Of a DNA stretch of 64,000 nucleotides, positions 30,891 to 46,957 are shown piece after piece (positions within the stretch are counted from its first letter, which is position 1; each line of letters starts with the position of its first letter). The notes under the pieces were generated by a model. That model did no database searches. It saw only the letters and a list, made by a program, of their open reading frames with translations, and was not told where the DNA came from. The stretch comes from Eledone cirrhosa (taxonomy: Eukaryota): positions 198,276,001 through 198,340,000 of the forward strand of contig OZ024741.1 of the NCBI GenBank assembly GCA_964016885.1, in the 5' to 3' direction. The position numbers were made by a program, and so were the translations under genes.

Positions 30891-33800
30891 CTGGATCTTA
30901 GGCCAACACGAAAATAATTTAAGTAACAAAAGAAAAGCAGAACTGGTCCGGATCTGGGATGGAGCTCCTGATCCAAGCGGACCCAAAAAACAATGAGGCA
31001 ATTCCAGAGATGATAGACCTCACTGACGGCAGCCACCTCACCGTAATCGTTAAGGGTAGAAGGCCTAGATGTGTCGTTTGTGGTGAAGGAACCCCCCTAA
31101 AGGCTTTCTGCCATCAGGCTAAAAAGTTGAGGCCACCTTTCTTACCCACCCAGTGACTCAACCATCAACACCACCAGCAGCAGAAATGGCAGCAACAACT
31201 GTAGCAGCAACAACAGAAGCAACTGTAGCAGCAACAACCCCAACAACAGTAGCAAACCCAACGCCACCACCACCCACCGCGCCAGAACTAGCACCAGCGC
31301 CTCCATCATCCACCACGCCACAACCAAATCTAACGCCTGTGGAGGATTTTCCACTCCCCGACCTATCGCAACTGGAGACAGATTGTGACGTCGAGGAGTG
31401 GGAAACTGTATCAGGAAAAAAGAAAAAAAAGAAAAATAACCCAAAAAAGAAAAAAATCCTCTTCCTTCCCCCTCCAAAACAAAATACAGGGGGAAACAAA
31501 TAAACTAACAAACAAAGATTTAGGACAGCAATGTCACCATCCACACCAGCATCACCAACCCCATCACCACAAACACCAACACCATCACCATGATTAACCC
31601 CAACACCACCATCACCAACACCACAAAAGTCACCAAAAGGCGAAACAGAAACAAACTCACAACAAATGCAAACAAAACAAAACAACCAAAACGACACACA
31701 CTACACAGCATTAAATTTGAACAACAACCAATTATTACACTACATCCAACACAACACCAGCATCACAGAAAAGGACTACACAACGCACCAAAATTTCACA
31801 CCACCTACACACATACAAATCACTCGCATCACACAGAAAACGTACATGACACTAAAACAAAAATTCCCAAAGGTCATCGGAGACTTCCGACAAACACTCT
31901 CCGGGAGGATTTATAAGGACATCCTTCCGGAGGAGGCCACAAGCAGTGAGAAGGATGGAAAAACCATCCTTCCCCTACGAGAAGTAAGGTAAGTGGTCTT
32001 TCCCATCTTTTCCACTCCTTTTCAACATGACCTCAATCAGAATAGGCAGCATAAATGCACGTGGCTTGGGGTCGTCATGGAAGCAGGGCCACCTGGTCAA
32101 CGACCTCAGGTCACTAAACATAGATGTAGTGGCCATCAGCGAGATCAGAATCTCCGAAGCACGGGCCTTCGCACCGATCTTCGGCGGCTACACTGTGTAC
32201 GCATCTCCCAGCCGTCCTGGATCAGGGGGGTGAGTTGCTGTGGTTTTTCGGAGAGGTTTGAATCTTGCCATACGGGCCATCTTCCTGGACCCAGAAGGTA
32301 AGTTGGTGGTGCTGGACGTGACCAGCGGAGACGGACAAGCTTTCAGGCTAGTGGCCGTCTATACCTCGACAGGAGCAGGGCGGCCTGATTTCTTCCGGCG
32401 TCTGGAGACATTTCTTGGAACGCCCCGCTCTTTAGTGTTAGTGGGCGACTGGAATGGGATCTTAGATGCACGTTGGGACTGTGTGGGATTAACGGATAGG
32501 GGAGGAGGGTGCAAGAGCCTCACCAACCTGCTCAGGCGTTTTGAACTGTTTGACAGGTACCGATTGGATTTCCCGAATGTGCCAATGTGGACTTGGACAA
32601 ACCGTATCGGGTCATCCAGATCATATCTAGATAGAGTATTTTGTAGGGAAATAGATAGGTTTAGCATAGGCTGTCTACAATTCAAGATAGTCAGCTACAC
32701 GGACCACAAATTCGTGATCTGTGTGGTTGACTTAGATAGGCTTCATAGACAAGGACCCGGCTACTGGAAGCTAAACGCGTCATTAACAGCGCGCAAGGCC
32801 TACAGAGACCGGATTAGCGAACTAGTTAAGCGAGCGTTGACGGGGGCCATCGTCAACAACAACTGGTGGTTTGCTCTCAAAAGAGCGATTAGTATAGAGT
32901 CCATTAGGTTTAGTAAGGCTTTAGCAATAGAGAGAAATAGAGCAGAGGGAAAACTAGTTAGAAAATTAAACGAGACGCTTAGCAAAGTCATCGCGACCGA
33001 CGTACTTGCGGCGAAATTGGCGCTTGACCAATTCTTCAATGCAAAGCACGAAGGCTGCGTTGTCAGAGCTAGGGTGCGTGCTCTCAGACACGAGGGTACG
33101 AAAGCCGTTCAATGGGCCCGAGTGGCGGAGGCGCCTCGTGGCAACAAAGCCACGATCCGGTCTTTGGTGGACCACGACGGGCGCATGCTACTCGATCCCA
33201 GGCAAATGTGTGAAGCTTTTCAGCGACATTTCGCTCAGTTGTTCGGGGACAGCGGTGGGCCAGATCGGGTGATGGACTTTAGTGCCTACCTCGACGGACT
33301 GCCGCGGCTCTCGCCCACTGAGGCGGAGTGTTGCGAAAAGCCGATAACAGCCGCTGAAGTACGGGAGGCAATGACTGGCTGCACAAGGGGTAAATCGCCT
33401 GGTTTGGATGGTCTGCCCTATGAACTTTACGTACAGATGCCAGACTTGTTCGGAGGCCTCTTGGCGGACGTCTACTGCAACTGGCAACAGAACGGGTGAA
33501 TTCCCAGCTCTGTGAGGCGAGGAGCGGTGGCACTGCTGAGAAAGGATCCAAACAAGGGGGATAACATAGATAATTTTAGGCCCATTACTCTGCTAAACAC
33601 AGAGTTCAAGATTTTGGCCAAGGTGCTAGCAAAGAGGTTGGCGCTTGTCGTTGGTGGTCTGATAGGTGAGGCGCAGACATGCGCCATTCTAGACAGGTCC
33701 ATCCACGACAACCTCCACCTCATGCGATACATCGTGGAGAGGGTAGCTAGGGAACCTGGCACGGGTGGGTCCTTGATCAATTTAGATCAGTCGAAAGCTT

Positions 33801-35677
33801 TCAATAGGGTCGACCATCGTTATCTGGCGGCAGTCCTGAGGGCGGCTGGCTTTGGGCCCGTCTTAAGAGGCTGGATCGCTGCCATGCACAGCGACATCTG
33901 CTCTGTGGTGAGAGTGAACGGTCACCTTTCGGAACCGTTTAACATCATGCGCTCGATCCGCCAAGGATGTCCCCTCTCGTCCCTCTTGTACGTATTGACT
34001 CTCGAGCCACTACTTCACAAACTGGAGACGTTGAGGAGTGTCCCGCGCGAACTCGGATGCGGAAGATCCGTGTCAGCATATGCGGACGATGTCTCCGTAG
34101 TGGTGTCGAATGCCAAACACATCGAGGCGATCGGCACTACACTAAGAGAATACGAAGCGGTGACAGGAGCAATGATCAACCAGGAAAAGTCAGTGGGCCT
34201 GCAGCTCGGCACCTGGAGAGGCAGATCCATGCCGTCCAACAGCGTCGTCGGGCGCTGGACAGACGGACCGGTTAAATTGCTCGGGGTCTGGTTCGGTCCG
34301 GACCTCCAGACGGACAAAACTGGGACGAGGTGACGAGCAGGGTGGCTTCTCACACCCAGAAATGGGCGGAGAGGAAGCTATCCCTGAAAGGTCGAGCGGA
34401 GGTGGCTAACGCATACATCGCGTCCGTCATCTACTACCACCTGACCGTCGTACCTTGTCCTAAGCCCCGCCTGACTGCACTGGAGCGTTTGCTCTTTCGC
34501 TTTTTGTGGAAGGGACGCGCTCCGATGGTCAGGCGGTCCATCTGCTGTCAACACCCGCTACGTGGAGGGCTGGGAATGCCGTGGCTGATGATGCGCAGAC
34601 ACGCGCTCAGGCTACGACATCTCCACCTCTTCCTCGACGGTAATCAGGTGTGACGCGTCTTTCCCCACCTCGTCTCCTTGGCGGAGCTGCAGTCCTGGGT
34701 CAAGCGAAGACCGAGAGGGAGCGCTTGGAGACTGGAATGTCTTCAGGCGCTCACAGCTCTCGACCAATCGGGCAATGTGATCGGTAGAAACTCCACCTTG
34801 GCGTTCTATAGAGGATTAGTGGAGGGGAAGAACGACGACGTACTTGGGGAAACTCTAGGCGTCGACGAAAATCAACTAGCCAATCTCTTCGGAAGAATTT
34901 TCGGGCCAGGGCCTATGGACAACTTCCAGAAATCCCTGGCCTGGCAGTGCTACCGAGGAGCTTTGCCAGTTCGGGATAAACTCTACAGGCATGGAGGTGC
35001 CGTCAGCCGGGCATGTCCGAGATGCGCGCAGGGCGACGAAACCGTCCTGCACGCACTCGTCCAGTGTCCGAGCATTGCTGACTTGTGGGTTTATGTCGAA
35101 CACCTGCTGACGCGTGTAGGACGGATCCAGCTATCAGCTGAGTCCATCGTGAGGATTGCCCCGCCCTCTTCCTTTAGCCGGGAAGGGCAGGCAGTTTTTA
35201 TCTGTCTAGTGGCCATGGCGAAAGAGATAGTATGGTGGACACGTTTGAAAGGGCTGAAGACGAGCACTTACCTCTTCGGTGATGCCCTGATTAACCTTTT
35301 CAAATTTCATTTGAAAAGGAAAATCAGGGTAGAGAGGGAAGTGCTCTCTTCCCAGCATTTTGTTGAAAGATGGGTGAGAGGCAAGAATGGCCCGAGTGAG
35401 TGGGCCTACTCTGAGTATGTGTCTGTAAATTAAAGGTGGAAAACTGGAAAGGGCACTTGCCCTGGTGGTCAGGGTCACTGTGGCTTTTTAATGGGCTTTC
35501 TCCACGAATGTCCCTCGGAAGTCTCCCCCTATTGGGGAATTTTTTCATTGTTCTATTATTACATCCTCTGTTTCTTGTTTTTTTACACGCAGAAATGCCC
35601 TTTTGTACCGTCCTGTATTGTCCTGTCCTGTCCTTAATGTCTACGTTATGTAAACCCTTGTGGTTAATAAAGAAAGC
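30891..35677 (+). mobile_element. L1/Tx1-type LINE: ORF1 3' part plus disrupted ORF2 (APE-RT-zinc finger)
   Basis: ORF1 has a degenerate knuckle RPRCVVCG....KAFC. ORF2 from ATG 32027 has SINARGL, GDWN, YLDR, TDH, SPGLDG, NFRPITLLN, RQGCPLS, YADD and CPRC..ET..H..C. It ends with AATAAA then an (ATT)n tail. Several stops and frameshifts. Confidence 0.92.
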
Positions 35678-35702
35678 ATTATTATTATTATTATTATTAT
35701 TA

Positions 35703-35772
<70 letters not shown>
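35678..35772 (+). repeat. (ATT)n microsatellite
   Basis: Read directly. Confidence 0.95.
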
Positions 35773-35778
<6 letters not shown>

Positions 35779-35952
35779 TTTGAAAATGTGAGCGACCCAA
35801 ACAAAAAACTACTGAAATAACAGTCAATCATAATAAATAATAGTTGAGAAAATCGGGAAAAATTCCCTTAGAGACGGAAAAATAGTAGATGCTCACATTT
35901 TCTAATTAGAACTCTTCTAAAGTATCGTAAATCCTAAAGTCTGTATGCGTGC

Positions 35953-36003
<51 letters not shown>

Positions 36004-36215
36004 CATACCCAAGGGCGGTGCCCCAGCGTGGCCTCAGCCGGATGGCTTGAACAGGTAAAAGAGTAAAAGAGAATGTATATATATCGATTTCTATCGACAC
36101 GAAACGGTCCAGTTTAATAGTTGTGGTATAAGTATGGCCATATGCATTTGGTCGCTTTTCTTGGTGTCATTTTTGCTTAACTTTGTGTGTCTATATATAT
36201 ATAGACGCACACTCT

Positions 36216-36257
<42 letters not shown>

Positions 36258-36258
<1 letters not shown>

Positions 36259-36580
36259 TTTTAGTATGTGTTGGTTGTTTACCGACACTCCAATATGCAG
36301 GATGGAGCACTCGACGAAGTACGCAGGTTGGTTGGTTTACTCCGGAGTAATGTAAAATGAGTAAGTCAAACGTGTTAAATTTGGCTTCGTTTATTATAAT
36401 TCTCTGCTATAAATATTTCAGTGGCAGCTATTATTGGCTGTAACCTCATCAGGCATTACGAATTAATGTAGAAAAAACAGGTAAACATGGTGTTGAAATG
36501 TGTTCCACTCTGTCAATGCATTGATATGTCCGGCTCCTGGGTGTGTTGTTAGTCCTCCGAGGAACTGGATTCATATGAGC
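36258..36580 (-). mobile_element. PLE-type terminal repeat with minimal HHR (relative of 22711-23092)
   Basis: Reverse complement of 36404-36455: TGC-CTGATGA-GGTTACAGCCAataaTAGCTGCCACT-GAA-ATATTTAT-A/GCA. Confidence 0.7.
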
Positions 36581-36899
36581 TAAAACAAATGAATTTCAGC
36601 ATCAGAGGACACGCTCCCACCACATTGGTCAGTTATCATACCAACCCAGCCGAAAGTCTATAGAAATTCGTTAGAAACAGGTCAGCCTGTTATAGTTGTT
36701 TTTATCAGAATGTTTAAGTCCAGCTGACCTACTTTACCGTGGTGATAGTGGTAGTGGTATTAGGAGATCAGCCAGCAGGTCAACCTTAGTAGGCTGCTGC
36801 TATGATCGGAAGAATTTATGTGTGTAGACTGGCAACTCCATTGTCACCACTTCACATAGTGGGGGATGCCAAACATAAAATGCGTGTGTGTTACAACCA

Positions 36900-37300
36900 A
36901 AAAAATGAAAAGATCAAAAAATAAAAAAAAAATAAAATGAAATAAAAAACCTGTGTCAGAATCCAGAAGTGTAAAGAACTACAATTCTTATTTCAGCATA
37001 AAGTACATACGTGTAATTGTCCGCCAACGCACACGATTGCGCGTACACACGTATAAACACAGGCTCGGGTGCATTCACCTATTTATGTCCACACAGTCCA
37101 ACAAAGGATGGGTGCGTTTTAAAACAAATGAAGTAAAAAGGTAAAAAAATAAAAAAGCTTGTGTGTCAAAATCCAGAAGTATAAAGAACTACAATTCTTT
37201 GTTCAGCATAAATTACATATGCGTATATGTTCGCCAACGCACACCGTTGCGCGTACACACATATAAACACAGGTTCGGGTGCATTCCCATATTACGTCCA
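36900..37300 (+). repeat. Two diverged ~210-bp direct repeats
   Basis: GTGTCA(G/A)AATCCAGAAGT(G/A)TAAAGAACTACAATTCT at ~36953 and ~37163. Confidence 0.8.
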
Positions 37301-37504
37301 CAGTCACACACACGCATACATGCACGCATACACACAATTCTATATACGCCCTCATGTGGATACACACACACGGACACAGGGTCAAAGGTCACCTCTAGAG
37401 GTGGGGATGAGGTAAGTAGTAGTAATAGGCGCGTCCTATTTACTTGCGGTATTTAGCACTGACTCATGCGTGCGAAGGGGGTCGGGTTCGAGGCAGGGGT
37501 TGCT

Positions 37505-38225
37505 ATCCATATAGCTTGAAGAAGGTTCCGGCCATGAGGTGTCTACAGGTACCAAAGAAGTCAGTCCTGGGGTTGATTAGGCTACTCCCACCACTGAGTA
37601 TCTTGGGGGTCTCGCTCAGACAGAGGTTGCAGATGCTAGATGCCCCTCTGTCAGGTAGCACTTCCTTGATTATGGACCAGGCCAGAGAGTACGGGGTCCT
37701 GTCCCGCTTGAGCTTCCAGAACAGTTCGGAACGAGCCGTACTTTTCCTTTTGTCCTCCCTATTAAAGGAATGGGGATGGTTATATGATCTGCCTTTGAAG
37801 CTCGTTGATGTGGCTTCTATGTAAAGGTGCTCAGAGTTGGGGGGTTTTTACTCTACATCCGTTCTTCATTAGGCATTCATTACTAAGAGGGCTCAATGTG
37901 GAGGTTCTGCAGTTGCAGGAGGTGGTCGATCCATGAATGCCTATTGTGGGGTTCCTGTTGCGTAGTTATGGGGTGGTCGACCTTGGGCCAGGTGCAGGGT
38001 CCCTGGGTCGGTTTGGGTTCCCAGGGTCGGTTCCGGGTCCACCATTCCCCCCTCTACATGGCTCTGCTGGGTGCCTATAGTGTCAGCTGCTGGCTGTGCG
38101 TAGTTCCTAAGTCTACTCCTATTGATGCTATCTATGTGCTGGTCTACGTTGCGCGTGGTAGAATACGAGAGCTTCACCGTGTGTCTGTTGAAATCTTGTG
38201 GTATCTGCGGTTCCTCGGGAAGCAT
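37505..38225 (-). mobile_element. Decayed Penelope-like element (linker plus GIY-YIG endonuclease)
   Basis: FNRHTVKLSYSTTRN, SCNCR, LYIEATSTSFKGR, FWKLK..WSII..CNLCLSE..LINPR..GTCRH across frameshifts. Confidence 0.7.
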
Positions 38226-38300
38226 TTATATAGTGTATTTTATATACATATATATATTTATTTTATATATGTTTTATTTTATATTATATATATTTTATAT

Positions 38301-40380
<2,080 letters not shown>

Positions 40381-40389
40381 TATATATAT

Positions 40390-40473
<84 letters not shown>

Positions 40474-40797
40474 AATTTAAAGTAACATAACATATACAAG
40501 ATGTAAGATGAATATCTTTCTCAGCAGAAAAGCTCAGTGGGTCCAGAGCATCAATAATTCAAATTAAAAGATATATGTATATACTTATATATCATTAGAG
40601 AAACACATAGTATTACTGCCGCCATTTCATAGTTCGTAAACCAGCTTATAAATTCTGAAACAGTGGGCATAAGGAATTATAACTTTTCCAGCTTATTTGT
40701 TTCCCAAATATATGTTATATATATATATATGTACAAAATATTATGTTTCTCTTATGATATATGACTATATACCTATATACATATATCTTTTAATTTG

Positions 40798-40931
<134 letters not shown>

Positions 40932-41126
40932 TAGTATATCTACTAACATATGCGTACAGATGTACGCTAATGCTAGCAAATACATAGGTTATGTCATAGT
41001 ACCTAGGTGGTTCAATGCAGGAGGATGCAGAACAATCCCCGCTAGCTGTTCCATCTACCGAATTATTATTATTTTTATATGAGTCCCCAGTGTCCGCGCA
41101 TTGCCTGGAGACTTAGCTGAGAATAG

Positions 41127-41208
41127 ACTCCCTGATGACGCAATGAATTCTCGACAGTTATATTACGTAACTGTCTTTATCCCATTGCAGAAACTAATTA
41201 GTTGGAGT
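41127..41208 (+). ncRNA. Type I hammerhead ribozyme motif with long helix II
   Basis: ACTCC-CTGATGA-cGCAATG..GACAGTTA tattacg TAACTGTC..CATTGCa-GAA-ACTAATTAGT-T/GGAGT. Confidence 0.75.
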
Positions 41209-41261
41209 GAAAATTTTAGTAAGTTAATTTTTAAAATTTTTTAAAATTTTCTTATTTTACG

Positions 41262-41289
<28 letters not shown>

Positions 41290-41294
<5 letters not shown>

Positions 41295-42604
41295 CTATAA
41301 AGCTGACGGCCGTATGTAGATAACAAACTTTCCGCTAAACGACTGGACTAAACAGCACCAAATTTTCACCATAGATGTAACTTTTTCCAAGTAAAAAAGT
41401 GAGGGTATTTTCGTCTACTGAATCTTGTTAAAAGATTAAAGACATTATTTAAATATTCATTTCTTTAAAATTTTCAAATATCAAAACTTCCGATTATACG
41501 ACATTCCTAACGTCTTCACGAACCAAAGTATCATCTTCCTGTTTTCTTTCGGCTGCAACGTTTTTCGAAATATTTACTTCTGCGTTCACAGAAGATCTCG
41601 TTAAGGGTGAAAGCAGCGATTCTTTGCTTAAACTTTAATCTGCATATACAAAAACAAAATATAAACAAACGTCCTAGCCTGGCCGCAAGATCAGATTTTC
41701 CAGAAGAAAAAATGTCCAGAAGAAAAAACGTCCATCTTCGACGCTAGACGGAAGAGGAGAGGAAGGAGAGAAGGAGAAAGAACCCTACAATGAAAGAACA
41801 TCTTAAAGTTTACCCAAGCCAAATGTTGTATATATTAACATTTCTATCTGCAGGTTCTTAGCAAGCTTACTGGCGCTTTAGTATGGTATTCAATTCTCAT
41901 ATCGTTTTTTGATTGATATGGTGCATATATCGCAGCTATTCATATGTTTTAAACATTATATAACGATTGCTGGTGTATATTGTACGACAGAATTAGGTGA
42001 AAAATATTTTGAATGAACAAATAAAAGAGATATAAAAGAGAGATGTTTGTTGGTTGGTTCCTTCGCGTATCACACGAAAAAAACGAAAAGTATGTACAGG
42101 ATTGGGATAAGAGTATATCCAGGAAAGTTTATTGATACTAATTTTATAACACCAAAGAAGAAAGACATACCACGTGTGCTAACCAACCTGACTGCTATTT
42201 CTAGCAGGTTGGCAATCAACCATAAGGGATTCTCTCTGCGAGTTCTTTGTCAGTGATGATCGTGTTTCGCGGCCTATGTTTCCGATTCCAACGGTGGTTT
42301 ATACACACACACACGCACACGCACACACATGAACACTCACACAGGCACACACACACATATATATATATATATACACACACACACACGCACACACGCACGC
42401 ACCCACATATATATATATACACACACGCACACACACGAACACTCACACACACACACACACACATATATATACATATATATATATATACAAACACACACAC
42501 ACACACACTGTAAACAAAACAATGCATTCAATACAGACGTTTTCTCTTCTGCCGGTCTTCTCTTATCATTTGTTAACCTTGGCGAAGCTGGGTACGCCAG
42601 CTAG
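41290..42604 (+). mobile_element. Deleted sibling of the 38395-40380 Helitron
   Basis: Same start ACTATAAAGCTGACGGCCGTATGTAG, colinear blocks and the same hairpin plus CTAG|T end. Lacks the Pif1 segment. Confidence 0.8.
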
Positions 42605-44124
42605 TATATATATTTATATAAAAAAAAAGGAAAAGAATGACTTCACTTGTAGTGTTAAATAATTTGATTTAATGTTATAATATTATAATACCAACTCATA
42701 ATATTATAATATAAAATTAAATCAAATTATTTAACACTTGTAGTGAAGTCATTCCTTTCCTTTTTTCAAATATAACTAACTGTACCAAGGATCTCATACA
42801 TTTTCCAATATATATATATGTGTGTGTATGTATGTATATATATATATGTGGTTATGTTTGCATGTATGTGTGTGCGTGCGCGAGTGTGTATGTATAACAG
42901 ACACAACTATTTTGTATTACAGTTTAAAATCTCCTAAAAAAAAACTTCCGCCGAAAATCCAAGTTTTAGTTTTTATAAATATATAGTTTATATATATATT
43001 TTTTATAATTGATTTTTTTTTTTTTTTTTTTCGCTGCCGCTGTCTGAATATATGATTCTTGAGAGACATAGTGGAAACTTTATTTAAGAAAGCGACGTAA
43101 ACTTTAAATGATTAACAAAGAAAGAGTGTTATCGTCATAAATTGAGTTGTAATCAAATAAGATTGACATATTTTTAAGCTGCTCCAGCATAGTCGCAGTC
43201 CAACGATTTAAACCACTAAAAGAATAAAAGAATAAATAAATATGATAGTGGGCGCTTATATCAATATTCTTCAAATGTATTTTATTCTGAATTTGAACCA
43301 GGACATCCTAGATGAACAACAACGTTAAAATGTCAAATTTAATACTAATTATTTAAAAGGGTTTAGCTATTTCAGAATTAAAAAAACTGTTATAATGACT
43401 GATGGTTTATTTCTTGATGTGTCAAAATTTTCCTCGTACTTCTGTGCCAAACTCTTCCACGATCACACTACGTTCGAGAGGGCTGTTAAATAAACGAAAA
43501 ATGAATCTTTCAGTTTTATGTGTTCTTAATTGGCTTTATGATGAGGTCAGGCTTCTGTCTGCTTCTGGTACTATGTAATCTAGTACAACCTGCTTCATAT
43601 AGTCAGTAACTAAACCAGCTGGTGAAAAGGGTAAATAGAACCCAGTAGCACAAAAGGCAAGAGCTGTTAAAAGGGCCAATGAACTTCTCTGAGTCAACAG
43701 TCATCCACCCTAACTATGGGTTAAATAGCCTCACCAACCTGCAATTGGCCAAGCATGGTGAATACGTCTACACCCCTGACATGACCAAAACCAAACAGAA
43801 AGCGGTGGAGGTCAGCCAGGCAAGGATTTCTCCAGCAAAAGAGAGTAGGCCTTATATTGGATTTTATAATTGTCTTAAACGGTTCTTCTACGATGCCATT
43901 ATTTCAATTTCAACACATGCTATCCGATCTAGTCGTTTGGTCACCTGCCAAATAAGTACAACTCTGAAATATTTAAGTTACTCCCTACTTTTATTACTAT
44001 ATTTCTAATGAAATACACCGCCCATGTGTTTCAGTTTATTTAGAAAATAATGTAAGCATTTAATAATGTAGCTTACCTTTTTTCCTTATTAAGTTAGTTT
44101 TTGTGGACAGTTGATTAGGGGAAT

Positions 44125-44320
44125 TATTAGACCGTCGGACAAATGTTTGGCAGCATTTGTTCCAGGTCTTTGTGTTCTGAGTTCTAATCCTTCCGAAGTC
44201 AACTTTGCCTTTCATCCTTCCAAGGCCGATAAAATATAGTACCAGTAAAGTACTGGTGTCAATTTAATCGACTTAACCCTTCCTAAGAATTGCTGGCCTT
44301 GAATCTAAATTAGAAACAAT
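44125..44320 (+). mobile_element. tRNA-derived SINE
   Basis: GAGTTCTAATCC..GTCAACTTTGCCTTTCATCCTTCCAAGGCCGATAAAATATAGTACCAG..GCTGGCCTTG. Confidence 0.75.
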
Positions 44321-44894
44321 TATTATGTTAGTGTTTGGAACATAGCAAAGAATTCTTGCATAAAATTATGATAGAAGGTTTTAGTGTAAGTATGAACACT
44401 ATAAAACACAGTTTTGAATTTAAAAAAAAAAGGTGGTTTCAAGCGGGTTGGTAACGGCGGAGACCGACGCATGGTACACATTTAAAGACAACGAGATTGA
44501 AGTTTCTAGGTCAGGGATACAGTGCAGCACCCAGAAACCAGGTATAAGCCCTCGATATTCTGATAATTGGTTTAACACTGCAGCGAATCGACCAACAGTT
44601 GCTATGCAACTTAAATTTTAAACTAATGTTATTTCACCAATCGATAGTTCATCAATCGGCAACGAAACTATATGATAAAGAAGGTAAAAAAAGTATTTTT
44701 AGGAAACCCTTTCCTAGAAAGAACGCTCATGTTCGATGCAAATGCTTATATGGTCCGTCAACTCTCGGGGGAATCGTTGGGGTGCCGTCGTGACAGGCAG
44801 CGTATCTTCGGCATTTTCAGTAAAGCCCATCCCCCTCTAGGTCGCAACACAGCCGGTTTCTTCTAATGAGGGAGAGAGACTGGGGAAGACCCAA

Positions 44895-45040
44895 GTAGCA
44901 GATTGGTACTTTATTTATCGACCTCCAATGGATTAAAGACAAAGTTGACCTCGGCGGAATAGGAACTCAGAGCGCAGCGGACCGGAATGAATACTGTAAA
45001 TTATTTTACCCGGCGTTCCAGCGACTCTTCCAATTCGTCC
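44895..45040 (-). mobile_element. tRNA-derived SINE, diverged
   Basis: GGTACTTTATTTATCGACC..AAAGTTGACCTCGGCGGAAT..AACTCAGA. Confidence 0.7.
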
Positions 45041-45389
45041 CCTTATTTAATGCATAAATATCTGGTGAAATATTGAAGAAAACTAATATTGAAGAAAACT
45101 ACTGTTTAATGAATAGAACATACTAGAAATGTACGTGATAAAATTAATTACAACTCGATCGTTTCTACCGTTATAAATTAGTTCATTGCGTGACAATAAT
45201 GTGGGTTTAATATACATTAATAAAAATAATTTGTTGTTACAATTATTTTAATTAGAAGAAAAACTCTAATTCACTTCCAAACACATGTAATTCGTGTTTG
45301 TTTATTTGTGAAGGATTGGCATTTTATACAGTTTCTGTCAATTGTTAATAAAGTCGATATTTTCAAATTAATACAAAATGTATTCGTAC

Positions 45390-45545
45390 ACGGTGAATTG
45401 GAAGAATCGTTAGAACTTCGGATTCAATGATTTGCAGTATTCTTTCCGGTTCTCTACGCTCTGAGTTCAAATGCAGGCGAGGTTTACTTTGTCTTTTATC
45501 CTTTTTAGGTCGATTAAAAAAGTACCAGTCTAGTATAGGTGTCGA
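45390..45545 (+). mobile_element. tRNA-derived SINE, diverged
   Basis: CTGAGTTCAAATG..GAGGTTTACTTTGTCTTTTATCC..GGTCGATTAAAAAAGTACCAG. Confidence 0.65.
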
Positions 45546-46446
45546 TTCTTCTATATCCCTTGTTCACTTCCTCTCTATAACTCTCACTTCTCTGGAAGAA
45601 ATCTGCCTTTTTCGACCTGGAGAGGAGATGGGCTCCGCTAGGTTTTAAAGTACCCAAGTTAATCTATAAAAACCGAAGCTCTTTTTAAACGATGACTTTG
45701 CAACCTTTCACATGCTGATATAAGTTGTCATGGAGTTTCTAAATTTGTGTAGATTATGAGTTTAACCATGTTGTACAAACATCCCTCACACAGTGTCTAG
45801 ATCAAATTATAAATAGTCCGATAGACTGCAGAAATAGCAACTTAACTTGTCTCATTTGGCAGTTCCTTCAATCAATCTATTGACCTTTAACAACCCCATC
45901 ACCACCACCACCACTAAATTCTCTCTCTACTTGAGCTATGCATAAACATAAGTGGAGACTTCCTTAGAACAATAATCAAGCTAATGTCTGAGAAGCAAAC
46001 GTATGAAAATGTTCTAGTGTACTACAACAATGGTAACTGGAACGGCCCTCCATCGGTGTTGACGATGAGTAATACAGTTGTTTCATCAATGGAACAATGT
46101 GTCAGTGAAGTTAATGTGTAAGTGGCTGAGCATTCCACTGATACGGGTACCCCCCCAACGTAATTCTCAAGTACAGCACGACATGGTGTGGGAAAATGCT
46201 GTCCCTTTGAATTACCGATACAGTCCATCCGACAGGTTTTGAAGCAGTTTCCATCTACCCAATTTCACTCACAAGGCATGGGTTGGCCCGAGGCTCGGGT
46301 AAATGAGATTTGTTCAATATGCCAACCGAGATCCAATGGTTGCTAGATGTTGCTAGCACTTGGAAAAGGATACCATTTTCTTGACAATGGTGCAGGCTTT
46401 ACATGTCTGTATTTCTTAGATTAGATATGATTTCTGTAGTAGCATA

Positions 46447-46689
46447 GATGGTAATGATGATGGTTATGGTGACCACAGTAACAATGACGGTAACGGTGAT
46501 GATGGTGATGATGATGACGGTGTTGATTAAGATGGTGATGATGATGATGATGACAAGGATGAAATTGACAAGGATGATGAGGACAAGGATGATGATGATG
46601 ATGATGATGATGGTGGTGATGATGATGATGATGATGAGAATGATGATGATGATGATGGTGGTGATGATAATGATGATGGTGTTGATTAA

Positions 46690-46740
<51 letters not shown>

Positions 46741-46805
46741 GGTGTTGATTAAGATGATGATGATGATGATGATGGTGGTGAGGATGATGATGATGATGAT
46801 GGTGG

Positions 46806-46840
<35 letters not shown>

Positions 46841-46917
46841 GTGTTGATTAAGATGATGATGATGATGATGATGATGATGGTGGTGATGATGATGATGATG
46901 ATGATGGTGTTGATTAA

Positions 46918-46957
<40 letters not shown>

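Noticed and set aside
37840-37925. In-frame TGA as selenocysteine, as in Naiad PLEs
   Set aside because: The region is frameshifted and decayed, so no conserved in-frame TGA or SECIS element can be shown.
46022-46228. Possible host exon (also 43540-43720 and 14810-14950)
   Set aside because: Short non-repetitive ORFs with no recognisable domain or convincing splice pairs; RNA-seq or homology would be needed.
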